Shown here piece after piece: positions 37,621 through 47,226 of a DNA stretch of 64,000 nt. Numbering within the stretch: the stretch's first letter is position 1; the number at the start of each line of letters is the position of its first letter. The notes beneath the pieces were generated by a model. The model was not told the origin of the DNA, did not search any database, and saw only the letters and a program-made list of their open reading frames with translations. Position numbers and translations under genes: made by a program. Source of the stretch: Candidatus Aenigmatarchaeota archaeon (GTDB taxonomy: Archaea; Aenigmatarchaeota; Aenigmatarchaeia; CG10238-14; SpSt-28); the NCBI GenBank assembly GCA_038997165.1, contig JAWBAK010000001.1, positions 96,001 to 160,000 of the forward strand. The letters are read 5' to 3'.

Positions 37621-38667
37621 ATGAAATTTATTATAGTCAGTAGATTAGAAAAAATTAAAAATATTGATATTGTTATAAAAGTTTTTAACAAATTAAAAGA
37701 CGATGAACTCTGGATAGTAGGAAAAGGAAAATATGAAAGCGAATTAAAAAAATTGGCTAAAGCAAAAAATATAAAATTTTTTGGTTTCGTTGATGAAAAA
37801 ACACTAAAAAAATTGTATAAAGAAGCAGATGTATGTATAATGCCACATATTAATGAACCCTTTGGATTAGTTCCATATGAAATAGCAAAATTTGGTAAAC
37901 CAAGTATTATTAGTAAATTAAGTGGAATCGCGGAATTAGCAAAAGAATATAAATTTGGATTAATTTTTGATCCTTATGATGAAAATGACCTATTAGAAAA
38001 AATTAAAACTATAAAAATTAAGAAGATTTATAAGCAACTAAGTAGAAATGCCAATAATCTTAAAAAGTATATTAATCCCAATACCGAATTTAAAAAATTT
38101 TTAGAACACATACCAAAAAACACTAAAAGAATTCTAATAATTCATTCTCAGTTCATTGAAATTGGTGGAGCAGAAAAATCAATAATAGGAATGTACGAAA
38201 AACTTAAAAGAATTTATAATTGTGAAATCTATTTTGAAATAGATAAGAATTATAAAAAATGGAAAATTTTATATAAATCGAAAATAAGGAAAATTGCGTA
38301 TATCTTTAGAATTTTTAACTCATTAAGCAATTTAATTAAAAAATTTAAAAATAATGATATAGTAATTGTTTCGCTAACTGGAAATATTTTATCTATACCA
38401 GCATATTGGTCAAGCTTAATTCTTGGTAATCTCATTAATAAAAAAATTATTATTTATTTACATGAACCACCACTGAGTTCTTGGTCCATCAGAAAAATCG
38501 AAAAAATTCTACTATTTCCAATAATTTTCTTAGACATTTTATTATCGAAAAATTTACTTCGAAATAATTTTACAATAATAGCAAATTCTGATTTTTCAAA
38601 AAAATATTTTATTAAAAGATATAAAAAAGCTATAAAAGACATTATATATCCAATTTTTCACTTATAA
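37621..38667 (+). CDS. GT4 glycosyltransferase with reversed (permuted) domain order
   Basis: aa 1-~165: VSRLEKIKNID...VGKG...EPFGLVPYE (donor domain). aa ~170-348: RILIIH...GGAEK...YLHEP...IIANSDFSK...IIYP (acceptor domain). Confidence 0.85.
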   Translation: MKFIIVSRLEKIKNIDIVIKVFNKLKDDELWIVGKGKYESELKKLAKAKNIKFFGFVDEKTLKKLYKEADVCIMPHINEPFGLVPYEIAKFGKPSIISKLSGIAELAKEYKFGLIFDPYDENDLLEKIKTIKIKKIYKQLSRNANNLKKYINPNTEFKKFLEHIPKNTKRILIIHSQFIEIGGAEKSIIGMYEKLKRIYNCEIYFEIDKNYKKWKILYKSKIRKIAYIFRIFNSLSNLIKKFKNNDIVIVSLTGNILSIPAYWSSLILGNLINKKIIIYLHEPPLSSWSIRKIEKILLFPIIFLDILLSKNLLRNNFTIIANSDFSKKYFIKRYKKAIKDIIYPIFHL

Positions 38668-38729
38668 AATTCTTTTGTTCCTTAGAGTATTAAATTTAAT
38701 TTCAAATTAAAAACGTTACTGTAAAATAG

Positions 38730-39563
38730 TTAAAAGAGTTTGGATTTAAAGTATAAAATATTTATATCAAGATATTCAACTGAAACAATTCCCTTAAGAT
38801 CAAACTCATTTTTAATAAATTTCCCAAATATTAATCTAGAAATCTCTAATGAATGACATTCTATAATCCATTCAGGAATTTGTTTTATTAAATCATTATC
38901 TACAGAAACTAGAAACTTTTCACAACCTTCGCAATCTATTTTAGCTATATCTACTTTTTCCTTAATTGCTTTTTCTAGAACTTCTTTCCAACTTATACAC
39001 TTAACTTTTATTTCTTTTGGTTTGTTTACTTTATTTTTAAATAGAGATAAGCCACTAGATTCATATTCGCTTTCTTCAATTATAAATTTCATTGTGCCAT
39101 TTTCTTTACAAACTGCATAAGGATATATTTCGCAGTTAATATTGAATTTTTTAATAATCTTATTAGCAAATTCTACATTTTCTTTGATTGGTTCGTATGC
39201 TATAATCCTTTTGGTTCCGAGCTTATGAAAAAGTAAAATGCTATCCCCTATCCATGCACCAACATCTAAAACAACTTTATTTTTAAATTTTATTTTAAAT
39301 TTTAAGTAATTCCTAGCATCAGAAAATACATATCCGCTTAATAAAGAAATTTTATTATACCTATTGTTAAGAAAATGAATTAATTCCAAATATTCTTTAA
39401 AAATTCTGTGCCCATCTTTAAAATAAATCTTTCCTTTCTTTTTACCTAAGCGCAACCCTATAAAATTCAACAGATTATTTATTACATATTCCTTTTTACT
39501 TATTGAGATTAAAACAAAAATATCTCGAAATAAATTTAAAATCTTTTTACTAAAAATTCTCAT
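38730..39563 (-). CDS. FkbM-family SAM-dependent methyltransferase
   Basis: VLDVGAWIGDS, IIAYEP, AKIDCEGCE, IIECH. Confidence 0.9.
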   Translation of the reverse strand: MRIFSKKILNLFRDIFVLISISKKEYVINNLLNFIGLRLGKKKGKIYFKDGHRIFKEYLELIHFLNNRYNKISLLSGYVFSDARNYLKFKIKFKNKVVLDVGAWIGDSILLFHKLGTKRIIAYEPIKENVEFANKIIKKFNINCEIYPYAVCKENGTMKFIIEESEYESSGLSLFKNKVNKPKEIKVKCISWKEVLEKAIKEKVDIAKIDCEGCEKFLVSVDNDLIKQIPEWIIECHSLEISRLIFGKFIKNEFDLKGIVSVEYLDINILYFKSKLF

Positions 39564-39565
39564 TG

Positions 39566-40165
39566 CTACACCTTATTTTTTACTTCAATTAATTTTTCCA
39601 AAATCAAATTAACAGCTTCTTCAAATAATTCCTCTGGCTTATAAAAACTTGTTGTTTCAATATTAAAAATAAATTCTGAATCATTATAAGAATAACCACA
39701 ATTTCCTGCTTGCCATTTTGCATGCTCTTTTCCTAAACCAAGCTGAGCAATTGCTTCTAATTCTAATTCTTCATCTTCATTTAAATAAGTAATTGGAATT
39801 TTATCATATAATGGCTTAACTTTTTCATCACTACTTTTTAAATCTCCACTATAAACATATCCTGGTCCTTTTTTATAAAGATATAATTTTACTTGACATT
39901 TTACACAACCTTTTCCTTCGCAATCGCATTTATTTGGTAAAGTATGAAAATTTTTATCAAAAGTTAGTGGAATTAAACCTAATCTATGAGCAATTGCTTC
40001 ATCTGGCAAAACGCTATCGTTTTTATAAAAATCCACCCATTCAATAGCCATTGTAGGTATTTCTGCAATTATAACTCTTCTTATTATAGCTGCAATTCCT
40101 GGAGTAATTCCCTTTACTTTAAGTTTTATTTCATCTCTATTTTTTTCTATTACTTCAATTTCCAT
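39566..40165 (-). CDS. rpoD: DNA-directed RNA polymerase subunit D (Rpo3)
   Basis: IRRVIIAEIPTMAI, NDSVLPDEAIAHRLGLIPL, VYSGDL, LGLGKEHAKW. Confidence 0.96.
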   Translation of the reverse strand: MEIEVIEKNRDEIKLKVKGITPGIAAIIRRVIIAEIPTMAIEWVDFYKNDSVLPDEAIAHRLGLIPLTFDKNFHTLPNKCDCEGKGCVKCQVKLYLYKKGPGYVYSGDLKSSDEKVKPLYDKIPITYLNEDEELELEAIAQLGLGKEHAKWQAGNCGYSYNDSEFIFNIETTSFYKPEELFEEAVNLILEKLIEVKNKV

Positions 40166-40196
40166 AAACTATTTCATTTAAACTTTAAATAATTAT

Positions 40197-40312
40197 GCGG
40201 GGGTCGCCTAGCCTGGACAAGGGCGGCGGGCTCAAGATAGAATTGAGCTTTGAATAGTGATAAGAAACCCGCTGGCTTAGTGCCTTCGTGGGTTCAAATC
40301 CCACCCCCCGCA
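40197..40312 (+). tRNA. tRNA-Leu (CAA) with 30-nt intron at 37/38 (40237-40266)
   Basis: Acceptor GCGGGGG/CCCCCGC; anticodon stem GCGGG/CCCGC; long variable arm; GGTTCAAATCC T-arm. Confidence 0.9.
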
Positions 40313-40328
40313 AATTATTCAAAATTTT

Positions 40329-40808
40329 TTATATTTCTATGTTTTTAATTAAATAATAAGCTAAATATGTTTTCAAATCTTTAGATTCTTTTAGTTTTTC
40401 TACATCAAAAATTCTTATTTCTTTAATTTCTTTTCTATTAAAATCTCTAACTTTTTTCAAATCATATGCTAAGAAAAAATGAAACTTTTCATTAGAAATT
40501 CCAGGAGTAACATAAAAACTTCCAATTTTTTTAATTTTTCCAATATAGCCAGTTTCTTCTAACAATTCTCTTTTAGCAGCTATATATTCGCTTTCGTTCC
40601 TTTCTATTTTTCCAGCAGGTAATTCCCACAAATTTTTTCTAATAGGAAATCTATACTGTTTAACTAAAATTACCTTATCTTTATCTATTAAAGGTATTAT
40701 TACAACAGCTTTAGAAACTTTTATAAATTCTATAGTTTTGTTTTTTAATTCATAAACAAAAAAAGAAATTTTATTACCTTCAAATTTTAACTTTAGAAAT
40801 TTTTTCAT
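40329..40808 (-). CDS. NUDIX hydrolase (ADP-ribose pyrophosphatase-like)
   Basis: QYRFP, ELPAGKIE...AAKRELLEETGY Nudix box. Confidence 0.92.
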   Translation of the reverse strand: MKKFLKLKFEGNKISFFVYELKNKTIEFIKVSKAVVIIPLIDKDKVILVKQYRFPIRKNLWELPAGKIERNESEYIAAKRELLEETGYIGKIKKIGSFYVTPGISNEKFHFFLAYDLKKVRDFNRKEIKEIRIFDVEKLKESKDLKTYLAYYLIKNIEI

Positions 40809-41212
40809 TTTTTACCTAAAATTTCTATTATAACTTTTCTTTCTCTGCTTCTATCTAATTCGATAAGTAATATTCTTTGCCAAGTACCTCTTATTAACTC
40901 ATTATTTTTTATTGGAAAAATCAAAAATTGTTTTAAATAGGAAGATGCTAAATGTGCTGATGCATTATCATCTATAAAATTATGTCTCCAATTACCTTCA
41001 AAATCTTTTTTTATTTTTTCAATTATATCTTCTTTTAAATTTTCCTCATTTTCATTAGCTATTAAGCAAGTAGTTGCGTGTGGTAAAAATATTAAGCAAA
41101 TTCCCTCTTTAATATTTGAATTCCTTACAAAATTTTCTACTTCATTAGTTAAATCTACTATTTCATATTTTCTTTTTGTTTTAATGGTAAATTCTTTAAA
41201 AATAATTTCCAT
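40805..41212 (-). CDS. YjbQ/UPF0047 family protein
   Basis: PHAT, NENE, DNASAHL, GTWQRILLIELD. Confidence 0.92.
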   Translation of the reverse strand: MEIIFKEFTIKTKRKYEIVDLTNEVENFVRNSNIKEGICLIFLPHATTCLIANENEENLKEDIIEKIKKDFEGNWRHNFIDDNASAHLASSYLKQFLIFPIKNNELIRGTWQRILLIELDRSRERKVIIEILGKK

Positions 41213-41221
41213 AAAAATTTA

Positions 41222-42097
41222 ATGAAATTAGAAGAATATTTTGAAGAATATAAAAAGAGATTTAATAAACTAAAGAAAATTTCAGAAGAAGTTTGGAATT
41301 ATATTGATAAGAATATAGAAAATGCTAATATATTAGAATTGGCAAAAAATATAGAAGAAAAAATAAAAGAATTAGGAGCGAAGCCAGCTTTTCCTGTAAA
41401 TATTTCAATTAATGAAATCGCCGCCCACTATACGCCAGAGGAAAATTTCTACATAGATTTAGAAAAACATATGGTAAAAATAGATTTTGGAATTCATATA
41501 GATGGTTATATTTTTGATACTGCAAAAACATACTATAAAGGAACTTATCAAGAAATTATAGAGGCAACAAAAAAAGCTTTTGAAGAGAGTTTAAAAGAAA
41601 TAAAAAGCGGAAATAAAATAAATATTCCTGGAAAAATTGTAGAAGAAATTGCTAGCGAATATAAATTAAAACCTATAAGAAATTTAGGCGGACATGGATT
41701 AGGATATTTTAAAATTCATGATAAACCTAACATATTAAATATATTTTTTAAAACAGCAGAAGAGTTTATAAGTGGAATGCCGATTGCTTGGGAAGTTTTT
41801 ATAACAAATGGAAATGGATACGTAAAAGATAGTTATCCAGCTCTAATATTTGAAATCAAAAACATAGATAAAATAAATTTGATTAGAGTTGCAGAATTGA
41901 GAAAAATAATAGAACATGCTTATAAAGAATTTAAAACTTTACCTTTTGCAAAAAGATGGCTAAATTTTGAAAAAAATTTAGTTGAGTTAGCAATTAATGA
42001 AGGTGTAAAGAAAGATATAATATATGAATATCCTGTTTTAAAAGAATCTAAAAATTCTTTTGTTGCTCAATTTGAAACTACTATTATAGTAGAATAA
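41222..42097 (+). CDS. map: Type II methionine aminopeptidase
   Basis: AFPVNISINEIAAHYTP, KIDFGIHIDGY, NLGGHG, YPVLKE, VAQFETT. Confidence 0.96.
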   Translation: MKLEEYFEEYKKRFNKLKKISEEVWNYIDKNIENANILELAKNIEEKIKELGAKPAFPVNISINEIAAHYTPEENFYIDLEKHMVKIDFGIHIDGYIFDTAKTYYKGTYQEIIEATKKAFEESLKEIKSGNKINIPGKIVEEIASEYKLKPIRNLGGHGLGYFKIHDKPNILNIFFKTAEEFISGMPIAWEVFITNGNGYVKDSYPALIFEIKNIDKINLIRVAELRKIIEHAYKEFKTLPFAKRWLNFEKNLVELAINEGVKKDIIYEYPVLKESKNSFVAQFETTIIVE

Positions 42098-42529
42098 AAT
42101 TAAAATTAAATATAAAATTATTGGTTGAAAAATGTTTTGAAAATTATAAAAAAAGAAATCTAAATTTATTTTAAAATTTAATATTAAAAATGTTTCAAAA
42201 ATTATTCGAAAGAAATTTTGAAAATAAGCCAAAAATAAAAATAAAAAAATTAGCTTAAATTTTTTTCTTAATAAAAAAAACGGAAATATTAATAAAAAAG
42301 ATGAAATTTTTAAACAATCTTTTGAAATTACAAATTCTATGTTATTTATATAAATTTTTTCATTGATTCTAGTTATTTCAGAAAAATAAAAATTTAAAAG
42401 TTTTTCAATAATTATTGCATTTAAAATTTGAAAATAAAAAATATCTAAATAATCAAAAAGATAAACTAAGAATATTCCTATACTTAACGATATTAATATT
42501 TCAAAATACTTAGTAATTTTTCTTTCCAT
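42038..42529 (-). CDS. Exosortase/archaeosortase-family membrane protein (divergent)
   Basis: Multi-TM; FVISKDCL (Cys) and QNFFRI (Arg) motifs at archaeosortase-like spacing. Confidence 0.6.
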   Translation of the reverse strand: MERKITKYFEILISLSIGIFLVYLFDYLDIFYFQILNAIIIEKLLNFYFSEITRINEKIYINNIEFVISKDCLKISSFLLIFPFFLLRKKFKLIFLFLFLAYFQNFFRIIFETFLILNFKINLDFFFYNFQNIFQPIILYLILILFYYNSSFKLSNKRIFRFF

Positions 42530-43446
42530 TTGTTTTTTAAATATTCTAATTTAATTTTTCCAATTTTTTCATATTTTGATGTATTATCAAAAATTAATTT
42601 GAAGTTCCAAATATTTTCTATTTTTTTATCAGTTATTACAAATTCGACTCCTAAATTCTCAATTATATAAAATTTTTCTATTTGATTTGATACAATAGCA
42701 AAATTATTTATATATTGCTTAATAATTTTTAGGAAATCTTCATTAATTTCTTCTATCTTTAAATATGGAATTTCATTATCTTCTAACTTTAATTTCAAAA
42801 TCTCTATAACAGTTTTTAAAGCTTCGTTTTCTATTTCTAATTTTCTATCTCTTACTTCTCTAAATTCAATTATCTTTCTTTCTATTATTCTTTTATTTTT
42901 TAATTCTTCAATCAAATCTTTTAATTTTTTGTTTTCTTCTTTTAGAATTTTTATTTTTTCTACTAATCTTTTAACATCTATTGAATTATAACTTTTGTAA
43001 TTTTTTATAAGTTCTTTATTATCTTTATCTTTATTTGAATCGTTTTTTTCGATTAAGTTTTTTGTCTCAACTTTTTTATTCAATAATTTTTTTCTTAAAA
43101 ATTTCATAGCTACTATTGCTGAAAATATTGCATCTCTTTCATGCCAATTATTATAAGAATAATTCGATGTTAACTTTTGTTTTTTGCTTTCTCTTACATT
43201 TTCTTTAGGATGAAAAATTTTAACTCCTAAAGACTTTGAAATTTTTATTATTTTTTTTGGAACTTTAGCTACATCACAAGAAATTAATAAAGGCTTTCCA
43301 AATTTTATTATATCATCTATCATTTCACTTATTTTATATTCTTTTTTACTTTTTAAAAATAATACATTAAGATTTTTATCTAAAATACAAATTGCAGAAG
43401 TTGTACCGACATCAATACCTACAACTATTTCATTCTGAATATTCAT
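42493..43446 (-). CDS. DUF460-domain protein (RNase H-like fold + coiled coil)
   Basis: IVVGIDVGTTSAI, GKPLLISCDV, NWHERDA. Confidence 0.85.
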   Translation of the reverse strand: MNIQNEIVVGIDVGTTSAICILDKNLNVLFLKSKKEYKISEMIDDIIKFGKPLLISCDVAKVPKKIIKISKSLGVKIFHPKENVRESKKQKLTSNYSYNNWHERDAIFSAIVAMKFLRKKLLNKKVETKNLIEKNDSNKDKDNKELIKNYKSYNSIDVKRLVEKIKILKEENKKLKDLIEELKNKRIIERKIIEFREVRDRKLEIENEALKTVIEILKLKLEDNEIPYLKIEEINEDFLKIIKQYINNFAIVSNQIEKFYIIENLGVEFVITDKKIENIWNFKLIFDNTSKYEKIGKIKLEYLKNKWKEKLLSILKY

Positions 43447-44074
43447 AATTTATTATTTTTAAAAATTTTTTAGCTCTTTTTTCGCCCAAAATATCTACTA
43501 ACTTATGTTTTTCTGCATTAATAAAATTTTTTATTGATTTAAATTTTTTTAAAATTTTTTCTGCTGTTTTATATGAAATTCCAGGAAAATTAATTAAGAT
43601 CGAAATTACTAATTTTTTCATTTCTTCTTGATTTTTCTTAATTCTTCTTTTAGCTTTAGGTAAAACTATAAAATCTGAGGAATATTTTTTACATATTTTT
43701 ATTAATAATTTTGCAGTTTCGTAAATGTTTTCTGTAAATATTACTGAAATATTTGTAGATGCTAAAATTTTGCTTAAAATTCCATAAAAAATCTCTTTTT
43801 TATCCTCTTCTATATAACTTCCTTCTAATATTAAAATATACTTTTTAAATTCGTTTTTATTTTCTATTTGCTCAAAAATTCTTTTATCAAAAGTTGAATT
43901 TAAGAAATCATTATATGTTTTTCTCTCAATTGCAATATCCCCTATTATAAAATCAACATTTAAATTTTCTTCAATTACATTTATTTCTTTTTCATTTTTT
44001 AAAATTTCAATTATTTCTTTCTCTCTATAATCTGCAATTATTATTGGTTTTTGAACTAATAATTTTTGTATCAT
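43430..44074 (-). CDS. xpf: ERCC4/XPF structure-specific nuclease with HhH motifs
   Basis: IIADYRE, DFIIG...IERKT..DF, LILEG, FPGISYKTA. Confidence 0.9.
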   Translation of the reverse strand: MIQKLLVQKPIIIADYREKEIIEILKNEKEINVIEENLNVDFIIGDIAIERKTYNDFLNSTFDKRIFEQIENKNEFKKYILILEGSYIEEDKKEIFYGILSKILASTNISVIFTENIYETAKLLIKICKKYSSDFIVLPKAKRRIKKNQEEMKKLVISILINFPGISYKTAEKILKKFKSIKNFINAEKHKLVDILGEKRAKKFLKIINYEYSE

Positions 44075-45594
44075 TAGTTATTATTCATCAATTCTTTCTT
44101 TATATCCATAATTATTTTTCTCATTCTTTTTTCTTTATGAAATGCAGACCAATAATATGCTTCGTCTCTTGTATTTTTTGTTATTAAAATTATAACTTTT
44201 CCATGTTCTTGTCTTCCAACTCTTCCTCTTCTTTGAATAGCTCTTATTTCACTAGGAACAGGCTCATAAAATATTGCATAATCTGTTTTTGGAATATCTA
44301 AACCTTCTTCTCCAACACTAGAACAAACTAATACATTATAAATTCCATGAGCAAAATTTCTAATTACTTCGGCTTGTTCTTTTTGTGTCATTCCATCATA
44401 CTTATCTCTCTTTGCTTGTCCAACAAGCTTTGCAACTTTTATACCCTTTGATTTTAATTCATTATATATAAATTCTACTGTAGCTCTATAATTTGCAAAA
44501 ACAATGATTTTTACATTTTGATTTTGAGAAATTAAAAATTTAATTATTTCTTCTAATTTTTCTAATTTTGGATGTGGTAATTTTTTGTTAATATAATCCC
44601 TAACTATACTTTCTGCAATTTTTATTCTTATATCATTAACTAAAGCTCTTTCATATATTTTATTACTGTTTTTTAATTTTTCCAAATATTCTAAAAAATA
44701 AACAGAGCTTTGAGTTTCTATTAATTCTAACAAATATTCAACTTTAATTAATTGAAGTAACTTAAACAAGATTTCTCTAAATATTTTTTTATCCAAAATT
44801 TCTGATTTTCCTAAAAATTCTTCATAGACTTTTATTAATTCTTTTTTTGTAATATCTTCGCTATTTAATATTCCTAAATTTTTTAAATTTTTTATTAATT
44901 CATTTCTAACTTTTTCAATTTCTTCTTTAGCTCTTTTTATTTCGTTTGGTAACTCTACAGAAACAAAAATTTTTTCTATTTTTTTAATATAGGGTCTAAT
45001 ATCTTTATCGTATTCGCTTCTAATTTCAATATACTCTATATTCAAATGATTTTTTATTTCTTCAATTCTTTCTTTTTCACTTCCTGGAGAAGCAGTTAAT
45101 GCTAATATTAAAGGAAATTTTGATTGCTCTAAATATTTTTTTGCAACATATGTATATGAATATTCTTTTACACATCTGTGAGCTTCATCAAAAATTATTA
45201 AGCTAAAATCACTAAGATTTAATATATTTTCTTCTAAATCGTTTTGAATGGTTTGTGGAGTTGCAATTATTATTTTTGCAAATTTATATAAAAATTTTCT
45301 ATCTTCTTTTGGAATTTTTCCTGTAATATCAACAATTCTATTTCTATCTATTTTAAAGAGTTTTCTAAAAGTTTCTGTATGTTGTAAAACAAGTGGTCTT
45401 GTTGGAGCTAGCATCATTATTTTGCTTTCTGGATATTTCATTAATCTATTTGCGGCAACAATTATAGCTATAATTGTTTTACCAGTTCCTGTTGGTAAAA
45501 TAACTAACGAATTTCCTTTAATCGCTGTATTAGCAATATTTATTTGATATTCTCTAATTTCAATTAATTCTGTTCTTAATAGATCGCTTATCAT
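44074..45594 (-). CDS. hef: Hef/FANCM-like DEAH helicase (helicase part only)
   Basis: REYQ, LPTGTGKT, LAPTRPLVLQH, DEAHR, LTASPG, EEGLDIP, QRRGRVGR. Confidence 0.93.
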   Translation of the reverse strand: MISDLLRTELIEIREYQINIANTAIKGNSLVILPTGTGKTIIAIIVAANRLMKYPESKIMMLAPTRPLVLQHTETFRKLFKIDRNRIVDITGKIPKEDRKFLYKFAKIIIATPQTIQNDLEENILNLSDFSLIIFDEAHRCVKEYSYTYVAKKYLEQSKFPLILALTASPGSEKERIEEIKNHLNIEYIEIRSEYDKDIRPYIKKIEKIFVSVELPNEIKRAKEEIEKVRNELIKNLKNLGILNSEDITKKELIKVYEEFLGKSEILDKKIFREILFKLLQLIKVEYLLELIETQSSVYFLEYLEKLKNSNKIYERALVNDIRIKIAESIVRDYINKKLPHPKLEKLEEIIKFLISQNQNVKIIVFANYRATVEFIYNELKSKGIKVAKLVGQAKRDKYDGMTQKEQAEVIRNFAHGIYNVLVCSSVGEEGLDIPKTDYAIFYEPVPSEIRAIQRRGRVGRQEHGKVIILITKNTRDEAYYWSAFHKEKRMRKIIMDIKKELMNNN

Positions 45595-45601
45595 TAAATA
45601 T

Positions 45602-46618
45602 TTAAATTTTTACTAAATTAATTGGATTTCCATTTATAAAGCTTATAATATTTTCTAATGTAACTCTTCTAATTTCTTGAATTGCTTCGTAAGTATTAAA
45701 AGCATTATGTGGAGTAATTATTACATTTTTTTCTTTATCTTCCAATTCTATTAGAATATGATTTGCAATTAAACTTTCTAAACTTTCCCTCTCTAATTTA
45801 CCTTTTAATAATAGTTCTATTTCTTCTTTTATTAAACTTTCTCCCTCTAATACATCTAGACCTGCTGCTTTTACTTTTCCACTCTTTAAATATTTGACAA
45901 GCGCTTTTGTATCTATTAAAGCCCCTCTAGCAGTATTTATAATTATTACACCATCTTTCATTTTTTCAAAGGCTTCTTCATTAAGTAAATGAAAATTTTC
46001 TTTTGTTAAATTTGCATGAATAGAAATTATATCAGAATTTCTTAATAATGTATCTAAATCTACATATTCATATCCAATTCTTTTAGCTTCTTCATAATTT
46101 GGATAAATATCGTAGCATATAACTCTCATTCCAAAAGCTTTTGCTATTTCAGCAACTCTTCTACCAATTTTTCCAGCGCCAATAATTCCTAAAACTTTTC
46201 CCTTTAATTCGAATCCTCTCAAATTTTCTAAGCTAAAATCTCCTTTTCTTGTTCTTTCAAAACTTTCTATTATTTTTCTAGAAATTGCCAAAATTAGTGC
46301 AAAAGTATGCTCGGCAACGCTTTCTATTCCATAAGATGGTACATTAGAGACTAAAATATTCCTTTCTTTACATACCTTTAAATCTATATGATCATAACCT
46401 GTACTTCTTGTACAAATAAATTTTAATTTTTTTGCGTTTTTTAAAATTCTTTCATTAATTTTTGAATAAATAAATATACTTACTATATCTGAATTTTCTA
46501 TTAAATATGAATTTTCTTCATTTAACGGAAAATCATAAAATTCTAATTCAAATTCTTTTAGATTGTTCTTAAAAAATTCAATATCTTCGTTCGTTACTTC
46601 AAAAAAAGTTATTTTCAT
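45602..46618 (-). CDS. D-isomer-specific 2-hydroxyacid (D-lactate-type) dehydrogenase
   Basis: TRSTGYDHID, VAEHT, GAGKIG, INTARG, GLDVLEGE, ITPHNAF. Confidence 0.93.
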   Translation of the reverse strand: MKITFFEVTNEDIEFFKNNLKEFELEFYDFPLNEENSYLIENSDIVSIFIYSKINERILKNAKKLKFICTRSTGYDHIDLKVCKERNILVSNVPSYGIESVAEHTFALILAISRKIIESFERTRKGDFSLENLRGFELKGKVLGIIGAGKIGRRVAEIAKAFGMRVICYDIYPNYEEAKRIGYEYVDLDTLLRNSDIISIHANLTKENFHLLNEEAFEKMKDGVIIINTARGALIDTKALVKYLKSGKVKAAGLDVLEGESLIKEEIELLLKGKLERESLESLIANHILIELEDKEKNVIITPHNAFNTYEAIQEIRRVTLENIISFINGNPINLVKI

Positions 46619-47224
46619 TTAATTACATTTAGTATAGCCACATTCAGGATTTATGCAAGTATAACAACCTTCTTCAACTTTTAAAGTTTTCATTCCGCAT
46701 TTAGGACAAATTTGAAATTTATCATTTATATCTTCTTTAATATTAAAATCTAAATTTTTATTTTCTTCCTTTTTCTCTTTTTTTAATATTCCCATTTCTA
46801 TAAAAAATTCTTCTAAAACTTCAGCTAATTCGCAATAAAAAGATGCTATATATTTTCCATTTTTAAAATATCCAGTGCCATTTGGATCATATACACTTCT
46901 TAATTCCTCTAATATAAATGTTGGATCATCTGTTCTTCTAAATATCGCAGATAATAATCTAGTTAAAATTGCAAATTCGGCAGCTTTTGTTAAATCTTTT
47001 GAATTTAAAAAAATTTCAAATGGCCTTACTTTATTACCATCTTTTATATATCCAATCGTAACAAAAATACTATGCTTTACAAATTTACTTTTTAATTTAT
47101 ATACTTTAGCATCAATTACATAAGGTCTTTCTAAAGGTTTTGTTAAAGAAGTTTCCTTTAATTCTTTTAATTCTTTCTTATCAGAAACTTCTTTTATTTT
47201 TTTAATTTTGGATAAAACAATCAT
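46619..47224 (-). CDS. nrdJb: Class II ribonucleotide reductase small part (NrdJb/TSCPD-like, C-terminal Cys cluster)
   Basis: RPFEIFLNSK, LTRLLSAIFR, CPKCG...EGCYTC...CGYTKC; directly downstream of nrdJa. Confidence 0.85.
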   Translation of the reverse strand: MIVLSKIKKIKEVSDKKELKELKETSLTKPLERPYVIDAKVYKLKSKFVKHSIFVTIGYIKDGNKVRPFEIFLNSKDLTKAAEFAILTRLLSAIFRRTDDPTFILEELRSVYDPNGTGYFKNGKYIASFYCELAEVLEEFFIEMGILKKEKKEENKNLDFNIKEDINDKFQICPKCGMKTLKVEEGCYTCINPECGYTKCN

Positions 47225-47226
47225 AA

